This document shows positions 32,801-41,898 of a stretch of 64,000 nt of DNA, piece by piece. Origin of the DNA: Bythopirellula sp. Its GTDB lineage: Bacteria > Planctomycetota > Planctomycetia > Pirellulales > Lacipirellulaceae. The position numbers were made by a program, and so were the translations under genes. Numbering within the stretch: position 1 is the stretch's first letter; every line of letters begins with the position of its first letter. The stretch lies in NCBI GenBank assembly GCA_965216565.1, contig OZ244170.1:896001-960000 (forward strand). The letters are read 5' to 3'. The notes beneath the pieces were generated by a model. It had not been told where the DNA came from. It saw only the letters and a program-made list of their open reading frames with translations, and made no database searches.

Positions 32801-35669
32801 CAATGCGGACACCACGATCACCTTTGACGGGGAAACGAATCTCGACACTGGAACTAACAATGCGGTGACGCTAAGAAACAACGACACATCGACTATTAGC
32901 TTCAACAATCTGATGGCCACGTCGTCCTCGGCAAGCGAGACTTTCCTGGTCGAGGGTGGCGGCACTATTAGCGTCCTCGATCCAAACGATACAGCGCTCA
33001 TCGAGAACACGGGCGCGGGATCGGCGTTTGTTGCACGGGGAGATAGCGACGCCGGTTCAACTGGAGATCCAGATATCACCGTCCTAGCAGACATTACGAA
33101 CTCTGGTGGCGGACAAGTTGTCGATATCCAAGACTTCACCGGCGGTTCGGTTGTCATCACGGGTGATGTGACCGACAACGATACCAACGGTATGGGCATC
33201 CTCTTGCAAGAGAATTCTGGTGGAACCTTCTCCTTTGCAGGCGAAACCACCCTGGATACCGCAGGCAACAATGCCGTGACACTCAACAGCAACGATGGTG
33301 CCACGATTTCATTTAGTACACTCAATGCAACCGCAGAAGATGGCGATACATTTGCCGTTCGAGGTGGCGGAACCATTTCGGTGACTGATCCTAATAGCGT
33401 CATCGAAAATACTGGTACCGGCATCGCTTTGTTCGTTGATCCTAATTCAAACGGCGATCCGAACATGACCATCAACGCTGATATTGTGAATACTGGCGGC
33501 GGCATGTCGGTGGTGATTCAAGATCTCAATGGAGAGGGCGTGGCCATCAACGGCGAGGTCAACGATACCGACGGCGGTGTGCTGGTTCAGAACAACAACG
33601 GTGGTGCCGTAATTGAGTTCAATGATACCGTTACTGTCGATGCTGGTGGAGGCGTTCTAGTCCAGAACAATGGCGGCGGCGCCATGATTCAGTTCAACGA
33701 CACCGTCACTGTCGATACTGATAGTAACAATGCGGTCGAAGTCTCCGGTAATGCGAACGCGATTATTGACTTCAACGGCCTAGACCTGGAAACGAATAGT
33801 GGAAACACCGGTTTCTCGGCGACTGGCGGCGGAACGCTCACGGTCAGCAACACCAATCCCACTTCTGTGCAACAAGAGGGAGCGGGTTCTGCCATTGAAA
33901 TAACGAATATGACAATCGGTGCCGGTGGCGTCGCTTTCGATACCGTCAACGTCACCGGTGGAACCTCGGACTCAGTAATCCTCGAGGATTTGAATGGTAC
34001 GGGTCTGGTTACGATCGGTTCTGCCACCGATCCGAATATTGCTGGCGAAATTACGACAGCGGGTACGGGGATCGCTGTAGACAACGTTGCCAATCTCGCC
34101 GTGAACAACATCACGATCGATCAATCTTCGACAGCAGGCGATGGCATCGAGATTACCAATCAATCTGGAACTTCCACCGCCTCGTTTAACGACGTAACCG
34201 TCAACAACTCACTTGGAGACGGCATACTCGTCAATAACAACAACGCCGGCAGCACTATTGCCTTCAACACCACGACCGTCACCTCAACCTTCACCGGAGA
34301 TTCGGTTGTCAATACAGACAATACCGATGCCTCGATCACCTATACTGAACTCACCGCTTCGGCTGTGGGCGGCGATACATTCACTGTCCAAGGCGGGGGT
34401 GAAATTAGCGTTCTTAATGGGTCAGGCGGGAGCACGATCGATAACATCGGCACGGGTTCGGCGTTGGTGGTCCAAGGCGATGACGACGACGGTGGATCAA
34501 ACTTCGTCGGCGATCCCAACCTGGCAGTCGAAGCGGATATCACCAACTCGGGTGGTGGATTTGCGGCCAGTATTCGCAGGCTCGCCGGTGGTGACGTGAA
34601 TATCGCAGGCAATGTTAGTGATTCGGATCCCAATGCCATTGGTATGGGCATTCTGATCGAAGACAACAGTGGTGGCACTATTACTTTCCGTGGCGATGTC
34701 ACTCTAAACACTGGAGACAACGACGCCCTAACGATTCAAGACAACGCTACGGCCAACACGGTGACTTTCAACGGTGCCAGTCAGCTTGATATTGATACCG
34801 CCGACGGTCGCGGCATCGTGATCGCTGATACCGGGACAGTGAATATTCTCGGTACCGGCAATACGGTCGACACGGGCGATAGCGTAGGTATTGATATTGA
34901 TGACGTTCGCAATCTAACGGTGAACAACACCACGGTCAGTAACGACCCGAACGGGACGAATTCGGCTATAAATCTTGTCCATACAAGCACTGCCAATTCC
35001 ATCATCAGGTTCAACAGTACAACAATCAATTCATCCGGAGACACGGCTGTCAACCTACTAGCCAACGGCAGCGGTTTGTTCGACATCGAGATGGACGATG
35101 CAGATATCAACATTGGCGATGTTAAGGGCATCTTACTCGATACTGGGGCTGCAGCCGACCGTGTCAACTTTACTCTAACCAATAGTGAAATTACTGTTGG
35201 GGACGAAAACGCAATCCAGGCAGTGCTTGACGACACGAATACAGCTGACGTTCGGTTCTTGCTGCTCGATAACGATCCGATTGCTAACAACAGTGCTACC
35301 GCAGCGACTGTTGATCTGCGAGTCCTAAGTGGTCTATCGTTCAACGCTACCGTAGGCAATGGGCCGAATGATAATTCGCTACCAGCGGCTCCTCTTGGCG
35401 ATGAAAATCGCTTTGTGAATGCTTCCTCCGGTGACGCATTCTTTGCCGAGTTGAATGATCCCAATGCGGGGGGAACGTTCAATCTCGACTTGCGAGACAA
35501 TACAGCTCAGAGTGGTGGTCCTGACGACTTCGAGCTCGAAAATAACGGCGGTACGTTCAATCTGGTCGACAGAGATGATACGATCAATGATGTCAACAAC
35601 GTCGGAAACGTAGACGTGAACGACCCGAATGCGTTTGGTGATATCGCCGCACCGTTAGCTCAGCCCTAA
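29859..35669 (+). CDS. large surface protein: N-terminal inverse-autotransporter-like beta-barrel plus repetitive beta-helical passenger
   Basis: signal peptide; ~280 aa amphipathic strands ending FGITWF..R.REPVQRN; VHVDS..GDGTFENPF cap; ~105-aa G/N/D/T-rich internal repeats. Confidence 0.75.
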   Translation: MDKPTFSFTNSLLLVAALTLALGQSADCYAQLGEGSVIDANIPTNYSGGGSFFNRQLGTAFRFGYQTEGYGTQEGIVTLGSMKVVNMEGATFTFDGQATLSDEFGGGYNAGVFYRSLTDIGFGNDSTRINGVGFWSDGQSTSADNFFSQLGVTLESLGDSYDLRFQGNFPLDRIKDSDTRLVANAEPQFRDNFLMSEILRFERDTALTVLDFEGAKRVMDLEAWAFLGGYHLTGSGYDATGYRAGVRGYAVPDLAVSLQVTDDDIYHTNVMFGITWFVGRTNTTNGPCGTLLDRFREPVQRNAYIATVQQTIDDAITPFTDVADNEEFFFVHVDSDAADGGDGTFENPFNDPNDVNNGSSEGDIVLVHAGSVLDGRFVAQNEQRFLGEGLDPNGILVEHQINTNERGLVTLPETEPGAFTLDAPMITGVPSGGDPNDPNAALAVFELADNNEVNNFTINGNAGTSDAAVYANGVQSPQLANLDINGPFFNGVVFTDVAGNPLIENSVTIDGTTDRGIWVNGGGGIVGANAMVTNTEGRSVVVENRDAGSVTFGIINDTGEGILARNNSGGTITFSSRAEVDVDGTDQAVTLSNNNGASITFQELQAMSTDGTTFAVNGGGTISVNNSQGDDGSDIINTGTGDALTVLGNDVDPNANRGNPNITILGDVTNSGGGFVTDIQQMAGGSVVITGDVTDDDTAGMGIRIRENSGGAFSFGGVTDLDTGDQRAVELVDNQGASVTFSNLMATSDSTTETFLVEGGGTITVNDDPNNEGFINNTDTGDAVVISGDNGAGTGNPNVTIDANINNSGGGLAVNVQDMTGGSVDINGDVSDPNADGMGILVQDNADTTVSFDGLTNLDTGTSNAVTLRDNDNTSITFNNLKATSESGDETFLVEGAGNITVSNDPNDEGFINNTGTGSAVIISGDGGAGTGNPNVQIDVDINNSGGGLAVDIQDMTGGSVDINGDVTDNDTNGMGILVEDNADTTITFDGETNLDTGTNNAVTLRNNDTSTISFNNLMATSSSASETFLVEGGGTISVLDPNDTALIENTGAGSAFVARGDSDAGSTGDPDITVLADITNSGGGQVVDIQDFTGGSVVITGDVTDNDTNGMGILLQENSGGTFSFAGETTLDTAGNNAVTLNSNDGATISFSTLNATAEDGDTFAVRGGGTISVTDPNSVIENTGTGIALFVDPNSNGDPNMTINADIVNTGGGMSVVIQDLNGEGVAINGEVNDTDGGVLVQNNNGGAVIEFNDTVTVDAGGGVLVQNNGGGAMIQFNDTVTVDTDSNNAVEVSGNANAIIDFNGLDLETNSGNTGFSATGGGTLTVSNTNPTSVQQEGAGSAIEITNMTIGAGGVAFDTVNVTGGTSDSVILEDLNGTGLVTIGSATDPNIAGEITTAGTGIAVDNVANLAVNNITIDQSSTAGDGIEITNQSGTSTASFNDVTVNNSLGDGILVNNNNAGSTIAFNTTTVTSTFTGDSVVNTDNTDASITYTELTASAVGGDTFTVQGGGEISVLNGSGGSTIDNIGTGSALVVQGDDDDGGSNFVGDPNLAVEADITNSGGGFAASIRRLAGGDVNIAGNVSDSDPNAIGMGILIEDNSGGTITFRGDVTLNTGDNDALTIQDNATANTVTFNGASQLDIDTADGRGIVIADTGTVNILGTGNTVDTGDSVGIDIDDVRNLTVNNTTVSNDPNGTNSAINLVHTSTANSIIRFNSTTINSSGDTAVNLLANGSGLFDIEMDDADINIGDVKGILLDTGAAADRVNFTLTNSEITVGDENAIQAVLDDTNTADVRFLLLDNDPIANNSATAATVDLRVLSGLSFNATVGNGPNDNSLPAAPLGDENRFVNASSGDAFFAELNDPNAGGTFNLDLRDNTAQSGGPDDFELENNGGTFNLVDRDDTINDVNNVGNVDVNDPNAFGDIAAPLAQP

Positions 35670-35692
35670 GCCTTTTACTCTTGCTGCCGTCC

Positions 35693-36163
35693 ATGCTTGC
35701 CGCAACTCTGTGCTGTGAAGAATGTGGTTGGCAAACGGTTTGTGGGCAGCGCGAGTTGGAACAGCGCTTGCGCAAGCTGGGTCTGCTCAGACGAGCCTCG
35801 CATCCGCCCGAAGAGATGGTGAGCGAATTGCTCACCATGCACTTGTGCCGGCTTGCTTGCGACAGTTGCCAAGCTGTAGGGCTCTTGATTGTCCCCGACG
35901 AGGGGACTGGTCGCGACGATGATTGGCAGCAGGCCGTGGTCTGTGAGGTTTGCCATGAGCCGATCGATCCCGAGCGGCTGGAGATCTTCCCCAGCGCCAC
36001 ACATTGCGTCGGTTGCCAAACCGCCGAGGACAAAGGGGAGCAAAAGGAAGAATTCGATTTCTGCTCCAAATGTGGGGCCCTCTTGGAACTTCGCGTCAGC
36101 CGTGCCGGCGGGATCACCCGCTACAAGCAGTTCTGCACGGGCAATCCGCCCTGTCGCCTCTAG
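35693..36163 (+). CDS. multi-zinc-ribbon protein with TraR/DksA C4-type finger
   Basis: CEVC..PIDPERL..FP.A.HCVGC plus further Cys pairs. Confidence 0.8.
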   Translation: MLAATLCCEECGWQTVCGQRELEQRLRKLGLLRRASHPPEEMVSELLTMHLCRLACDSCQAVGLLIVPDEGTGRDDDWQQAVVCEVCHEPIDPERLEIFPSATHCVGCQTAEDKGEQKEEFDFCSKCGALLELRVSRAGGITRYKQFCTGNPPCRL

Positions 36164-36260
36164 CGGATGTCGATATCGTAAGCCATGATGGGGTCCCGGC
36201 GATCCATCGGATCGCGGCTTTTTTTGATTCCCTCCAGCCTCCGGCCTACTGCCTCCTTAA

Positions 36261-38417
36261 ATGCACCAACTTGTTGCTACCAGCGCCTTCGGGCTCGAAG
36301 CCGTCGTGGTGCGTGAACTTCAAGACTTGGGATACGAGTCCAAGATCACCCGCCCGGGACGCATCGAATTCGCTGGTAACGACTCTGCCATTTGTCGGGC
36401 CAATCTGTGGTTGCGAAGTGCCGACCGCGTGCTGGTGCAATTGGCAAAATTCCCAGCGGCCGACTTCGACGCACTCTTCGACACCACCAAGGAATTGCCG
36501 TGGGAGCAATGGATCTCGAGTGAAGCGGCGATTCCTGTCCGCGGCCGTTCGCGCAAGTCGCAGCTAACTAGTGTCCCTGCTTGTCAGCGTTCGGTTAAGA
36601 AGGCGATCGTCGAGAGGCTCGGTGATAAGTACTCGTGTACAGAATTGCCTGAAACCGGTCCGCCAGTACCGGTGGAAGTCGCGCTGTTGGAAGACGAAGC
36701 CACGCTTTCGATCGATACCACTGGCGACGGACTGCACAAGCGCGGCTATCGGAAACTCGCTGGCCCGGCACAACTCCGCGAGACGTTGGCGGCGGCGCTG
36801 GTTCAACTTAGCTTTTGGAGATCAGGCCGCCCACTAATCGATCCCTTTTGCGGGACTGGCACAGTATTGATCGAAGCGGTGATGGTCGCGCGCCGCATGG
36901 CACCCGGTCGAGCTCGGGAGTTTGCCGCGGAGGCGTGGGAGGCGATTCCCGCCAACACTTGGAAGCAAGCGCGCGAAGAAGCTGAAGATCTGATCCTGCC
37001 AAAACTGGAAGAGCGGCCGCTGGGCACCGACATCGATCCCGAAGCGTTGAAACTCGCCCGCTATCACGCGGCTCAAGCCGGGGTGGAAGACGACATCCAC
37101 TTTCAGCAGGGAGCGTTTGCCGATCTGCGTTCGTCGCGCGAGTATGGCTGCACCATCATGAACCCGCCTTACGGTGTACGGATGGGCCGCGACGACGAGA
37201 TCGAGCAACTGTACCGCACGTTGCCAGAGGTCCTCAGGCGTTTGAAAACCTGGTCGCACTTTATCTTTTCGGCTCGGGGAGATTTGGAAAAGCTAGTTGG
37301 CCAAACGGCTGACCGGCGTCGCAAATTGTACAACGCACAGATTGCCTGCACGTACTATCAGTTTTTTGGACCCAAGGAGCCGAAATCTGGTCGGGGGAGT
37401 GAGGCCGCGCCGGCGAAACCGCAAGCGGTGGGTGACGAAGCTTCGCCAGCTTTTGGTGGATTGCGGACCGAGGCTTTGCGCCAGGCTGAGGAGTTTTCCA
37501 ATCGGTTGCGTAAACGGGCCCGTCACTTAAGACGCTGGCCAACCAAACGGGGCATTACATGTTATCGACTTTATGAACGCGATATCCCCGAAGTGCCGCT
37601 GGTGGTCGATCGCTACGAAGACGCGTTACACCTGGCCGAGTTCGAACGCCCCCACCAACGGACTGCCGCCGAGCATGCCGACTGGCTCGATCTGATGGTC
37701 GCTACCGCTGCCGAGACGTTGGAGGTAGAGCGCGATCACGTTTTCCTCAAGCATCGCACCCCCCAGCGTGGCACGCAGCAGTACACGCGAGAATCGGAGG
37801 CGGGGAAGAAAAAAATCGTGCAGGAGGGGGGGCTGCAGTTTGTGGTGAACTTATCCGACTACCTCGATACCGGCTTGTTCCTCGACCACCGCAACACACG
37901 GGCGATGGTTCGCGATGCAGGAGAGGGAAAACGCTTTTTGAATCTATTCGCCTACACGGGCACGTTCTCGGTGTATGCCGCCGCGGGCGGGGCGGCGGAA
38001 ACCACCACCGTCGATCTTTCGGCCAACTACCTGAGTTGGGCGGAGGAGAATCTACGCCTGAACGGATTCACCGGCCACAGCCATCAGCTTGTAAGGAGCG
38101 ACGCCGGCGAGTTCCTCGCAAACTTGCCGGCAGATGCCCAGTTTGATTTGGTCGTCGTCGATCCGCCCACATTTTCCAACAGCAAAGGGCTCGAGCACGA
38201 TTGGGATGTACAGCGCGACCATGCCAGGCTGTTCCAGCGGTTGCAGAAGCACGTCCCCACCGACGGTATCGTGTACTTTTCCACCAACTCCCGCCGCTTC
38301 AAGCTCGACGAGTCGGCTCTCACGGACTGGGATATCCGCGAAATCAGCCAAAAGACTGTCCCCGAAGACTTCCGCAACAAACGCATCCACCGCTGCTGGC
38401 GACTAACGCGGAAGTGA
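36261..38417 (+). CDS. rlmKL: bifunctional 23S rRNA methyltransferase RlmKL
   Basis: THUMP; LHKRGYR, DPFCGTGT, NPPYG; DTGLFLDHR, LNLFAYTG, DPPTFSNSK. Confidence 0.95.
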   Translation: MHQLVATSAFGLEAVVVRELQDLGYESKITRPGRIEFAGNDSAICRANLWLRSADRVLVQLAKFPAADFDALFDTTKELPWEQWISSEAAIPVRGRSRKSQLTSVPACQRSVKKAIVERLGDKYSCTELPETGPPVPVEVALLEDEATLSIDTTGDGLHKRGYRKLAGPAQLRETLAAALVQLSFWRSGRPLIDPFCGTGTVLIEAVMVARRMAPGRAREFAAEAWEAIPANTWKQAREEAEDLILPKLEERPLGTDIDPEALKLARYHAAQAGVEDDIHFQQGAFADLRSSREYGCTIMNPPYGVRMGRDDEIEQLYRTLPEVLRRLKTWSHFIFSARGDLEKLVGQTADRRRKLYNAQIACTYYQFFGPKEPKSGRGSEAAPAKPQAVGDEASPAFGGLRTEALRQAEEFSNRLRKRARHLRRWPTKRGITCYRLYERDIPEVPLVVDRYEDALHLAEFERPHQRTAAEHADWLDLMVATAAETLEVERDHVFLKHRTPQRGTQQYTRESEAGKKKIVQEGGLQFVVNLSDYLDTGLFLDHRNTRAMVRDAGEGKRFLNLFAYTGTFSVYAAAGGAAETTTVDLSANYLSWAEENLRLNGFTGHSHQLVRSDAGEFLANLPADAQFDLVVVDPPTFSNSKGLEHDWDVQRDHARLFQRLQKHVPTDGIVYFSTNSRRFKLDESALTDWDIREISQKTVPEDFRNKRIHRCWRLTRK

Positions 38418-38471
38418 GAAATTTGAAGTTTGACTGTTGAAGTGGGACCCGCATGATACATCGCTTGCGGT

Positions 38472-40466
38472 TTAGCGCAACCCCCGCACATGCTCCCGCA
38501 ACTCCTCCAGCTCGCGCTCGAACCCACCCGAGAGAATCGGGAACCGGCACCAGGTTTTGGGGTCCAGGTTTTCATCATCCAAGTGGAACGAGGGGGCGTA
38601 GCGTTCGCGTTTCCACTGGTTGCGGCACCAAAGCCGGAAGAAGCGCTCGACCCACTCGCCAAGTTGCGCGGTGGAGTGTTCGTCGTATTCGTTGCGTAAG
38701 GCTGCAAAAACTTCCACCGGCGTCTGTTTATCTCGAATGGCAAATCGCTCGATCGCGTCGAGCACCGCATACGGCATCAAGTCGCCCTCGTCCGTTTGGC
38801 TCTGCTGGGGAGGACGCAATTCGGCGGTTGGCTGTTGGCTGGTGATCACGGATAACGTTGACAGAGGTCCCACTCCTTGCGGTCCCGTCGCTTCCATCCA
38901 GGCAAGCCACTCGAGCAGGAATGCTTTGTCGATTCCCGTGATGGGCGCGAGTCCCCCGCAGGTATCGCCGTCCATGGTGGCATAGCCCACCGCCGCTTCG
39001 CTGCGATTGCTAGTCGAAAGTAACAGGGCCCCGGTGAGATTCGCCAACAGCCACACCCCGGGGCCACGAGCGCGGGCTTGAATGTTCTGTAGCGCCACGT
39101 CGTCGGTTTCCCAGGCAAGCTCGCGACCGATGGCCGCAGACACCGTCTCCACGTAGTCTTCCACCAGTCCATCCACATCCCAGCGAAGAAACTGCGACCC
39201 CAGGGCCTCGGCCAACGTCTCGGCGGCATGGGAAGTCGTCTCGCCACTGTTGCGGGTGGATTGATAGACGCAGGTGAGCAACCGACGGACAATCGCTTGT
39301 TCGTCTTTCTTATCAAGAGCGGGCTGAAGGTAGCTAAGCTTCTTCGCAAATCCTGCCAACCCCAAGTCTTCGACGCCCAACTTTGCCATCAACCAAATCA
39401 ACGTCGCCACCGTCGCGGAATCGGCCCCGCCGCTGAGCGACACGATGAAACCCTGAGCGCGGCTTTTCCGCAGATAGTCGAACAACGCCAATGGCACAGC
39501 GCGGGCGAACTCCTCCTCCTTGGCAGGTGGCGACGTATCCCAAGCGGGCGGCTGCGTCGGTGATTGCGGAGTAGTTGGCGTCGGCGGTAAGAAAGAGGAT
39601 TGAATGACGTTTCCAGCGAAACCCTCCCCACCGTCGACCATTGGCTTCGCCTCTTCGCGTGCCCGACGGTTTGCCTCAATGTCGATGTCAGCCAACGTCA
39701 GCACAACGTTGCGGTACGAAAATCGGGGACCCACGGCCACCATCTCATCGCCCGTTGCAATCAGCGAACCGCCGTCATAGATGGCCCGCCCCGACTCGTT
39801 GCCCAAGAGATTGGCGTATGCATAGCCCAGGTGATGTTCCCTGGCCGCATCGAGAACGATCCGTCGCCGCGTTTCCTGCTTAAAGAAAGCAAAGTGACTG
39901 GCACTGGGGTTCAAAATGAGATCAACGTCCGCTGCCGCAAGCCGCGGGGCAGGGCGGTTGGGAACCCAGGCATCGCGGCAAATCTCCAGCCCGACCTTGA
40001 TCCCTCCACATTCGAATAGCAGATCGCCAAACGGATAATTCTTCCCGGCGACGGAAAGCTCCGTCACCTTGCCCGCGGGCCAGGGGTCGAACCAGCGCGG
40101 TTCGTAATGAATGCCATCGCCGGCCAGATACTGCTTGGCAACAAAGCCCAGCAGTTCCCCGTCTGCCACCACCGCACATGCGTTGTACAGTTTGTGCTCC
40201 ACGGGAACGGCGAGTCCCAGGCAAGTGACCAACCCCGCTGTATGGGGCAGAATTTCGTGCAGCAGTTCGAGCGAAGTCTGGTGCAGGCCGGCAGAAAAGT
40301 ATTGGTCCTCGCAACCGTAACCGCTGATGCACAACTCCGGCAAACAGAGCACGCCGACTTCGTTCTCCTGTGCCTCGCCCAGTGCAGCGACAATGTGATC
40401 GCGGTTCTCGTCCCACGCCAGTGGCGTTTGGTTCAGGGCGGCAGCGGCGAGACGAATTTGAGTCAT
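38472..40466 (-). CDS. nadE: glutamine-dependent NAD+ synthetase
   Basis: nitrilase domain (PELCISGY, EIC) plus SLSGGADS, LQNIQAR, NRSE..VGY.T.DGD, PTAEL. Confidence 0.93.
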   Translation of the reverse strand: MTQIRLAAAALNQTPLAWDENRDHIVAALGEAQENEVGVLCLPELCISGYGCEDQYFSAGLHQTSLELLHEILPHTAGLVTCLGLAVPVEHKLYNACAVVADGELLGFVAKQYLAGDGIHYEPRWFDPWPAGKVTELSVAGKNYPFGDLLFECGGIKVGLEICRDAWVPNRPAPRLAAADVDLILNPSASHFAFFKQETRRRIVLDAAREHHLGYAYANLLGNESGRAIYDGGSLIATGDEMVAVGPRFSYRNVVLTLADIDIEANRRAREEAKPMVDGGEGFAGNVIQSSFLPPTPTTPQSPTQPPAWDTSPPAKEEEFARAVPLALFDYLRKSRAQGFIVSLSGGADSATVATLIWLMAKLGVEDLGLAGFAKKLSYLQPALDKKDEQAIVRRLLTCVYQSTRNSGETTSHAAETLAEALGSQFLRWDVDGLVEDYVETVSAAIGRELAWETDDVALQNIQARARGPGVWLLANLTGALLLSTSNRSEAAVGYATMDGDTCGGLAPITGIDKAFLLEWLAWMEATGPQGVGPLSTLSVITSQQPTAELRPPQQSQTDEGDLMPYAVLDAIERFAIRDKQTPVEVFAALRNEYDEHSTAQLGEWVERFFRLWCRNQWKRERYAPSFHLDDENLDPKTWCRFPILSGGFERELEELREHVRGLR

Positions 40467-41707
40467 ACGGGATCTTTAAGTAGGTGAAGCCGCAGAGCGT
40501 TGAGCGCTTGCTTGGCGGACCGCGCCAGCTTGATGGCTGGGTGCGACGCACACCCAAAACGCAGTTGATGCGTTTGCTCGGCCGTTGCTACAGAGACATG
40601 CAAATGCGAGTCGGGGTTCTCGGTATAGACTGGATACGCCGCCACCCCCAGGCCAAAATCGGATCCGTACTCCTCGCGTACCGCCTCGGCCAACATCTTC
40701 GCTGTTGCGGCGCTGTCGGGTTCAAAGTCTGCGGGCAAAGCGTTCATTCCTGCCAATTGCTGCACGTCCTGCTTGCTGCCGATGGCTCGGGAACCCAGGT
40801 AGGTTTGATTGCCTTCGGAGGCTTCCTCCAGCCAGCGTTCGATCAACCCTTCAGTCGCCCATTCGGCAATTGCCAACGTTTGATTTCGCTCTTCCAACAG
40901 TCTTATTACGACGTGTTCCAAGCCTTCCGTGTCTTCGCCGTAGATCAGTTGCCCGAGTTTTTCATAGATGATCGCGGCGGTTGGTTCCATGGCGAGCAAA
41001 CACTCTTGCTCGTCGCGACCGCTGGCAGTGATTCGCAGGGTGATGGTCGCATCGCTGGCGGTAATGCCGACTCGGGGAATCCGGCCCCGGGCCACGAGGT
41101 CGGGGAGCATCGCTTCAAGCTGACTTTCGCCAATGCCAAAACAACGGATCGACCGATGACGAGTTACCCGCGGTTCGGGCTGAAGTTTGGCAATCACCGG
41201 GGCCACCGTCGCCTGCCACATCTCGTGCATCTCAGCAGGTACGCCGGGGAGTGCAAACACGGCACACTTTCCCGATCCGCCTTCCACGTGCATCTCAATC
41301 CCAGGAGCGGTTCCGTGGGGATTGGGAATTTGAATCGAGCCGACTGGAAAATCGGCTTGCACCGCGTTTCGCTCTGGCATCGTTCGACCACGGCTTTCGA
41401 ACAATTGCCGAATGTGCTGAACGACCGCTTCGTCTCGCTCGAGTTCCACGCCAACCGTTTTTGCCAGGGCGTCTCTGGTGAGATCGTCCGCCGTGGGCCC
41501 CAAGCCTCCGGTGATGGTCACAATCTCAGCCCGGACAATCGCGGCTCGCAGCACCGCCAGATTGTCGTCGAGGTCGTCGCCAACAGTTGTGTGAAATGCG
41601 ACGTCGATGCCCATGTCGCCCAGTTGCTGGCTGATCCATTGGCTATTGGTATCCAGCCGTTGGCCGCTGGTGAGTTCGTCTCCGATGGCAATCACTTCTG
41701 CACGCAT
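40463..41707 (-). CDS. cinA: CinA-like protein (MoCF/COG1058 domain plus degenerate PncC-like domain)
   Basis: IGDEL..G..LDTN, TGGLGPTADDLT, GTAPG, LPGVP.EM. Confidence 0.85.
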   Translation of the reverse strand: MRAEVIAIGDELTSGQRLDTNSQWISQQLGDMGIDVAFHTTVGDDLDDNLAVLRAAIVRAEIVTITGGLGPTADDLTRDALAKTVGVELERDEAVVQHIRQLFESRGRTMPERNAVQADFPVGSIQIPNPHGTAPGIEMHVEGGSGKCAVFALPGVPAEMHEMWQATVAPVIAKLQPEPRVTRHRSIRCFGIGESQLEAMLPDLVARGRIPRVGITASDATITLRITASGRDEQECLLAMEPTAAIIYEKLGQLIYGEDTEGLEHVVIRLLEERNQTLAIAEWATEGLIERWLEEASEGNQTYLGSRAIGSKQDVQQLAGMNALPADFEPDSAATAKMLAEAVREEYGSDFGLGVAAYPVYTENPDSHLHVSVATAEQTHQLRFGCASHPAIKLARSAKQALNALRLHLLKDPV

Positions 41708-41777
41708 AGATGCAAGTGTGATCGCATCGCAGCCACTTGGGAAGGGGCGAGAACGATTTCGGATTCACCAATCGACA

Positions 41778-41838
41778 TCGCTTGCGGTTCCACAACGGCG
41801 AGCCGAGGCGTCCCCGCCCCCGGCTAAGCCGCAAGCGA
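41778..41838. repeat. Nested REP-like palindromes
   Basis: tcgcttgcggtt...aagccgcaagcga enclosing gcgagccgaggcgtccccgcccccgg; outer motif also at 38461 and 45901, inner motif also at 46873. Confidence 0.7.
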
Positions 41839-41898
41839 TTCTTGCTCAGGTCTCTGGACCAGGTCTCTGGACTCTCAACTCTAGTCTCTCACCTCAAC

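Noticed and set aside
31265..35500. Chain of minus-strand ORFs (e.g. 32060-32716, 32717-33505, 34781-35500)
   Set aside because: Antisense shadows of the repetitive surface protein.
39970..39990. NadE glutaminase motif EICRD instead of EICED
   Set aside because: The catalytic Glu/Lys/Cys appear retained; a single substitution is too little to claim altered function.
40484..41827. 447-aa plus-strand ORF
   Set aside because: Antisense shadow of cinA with no recognisable motifs.
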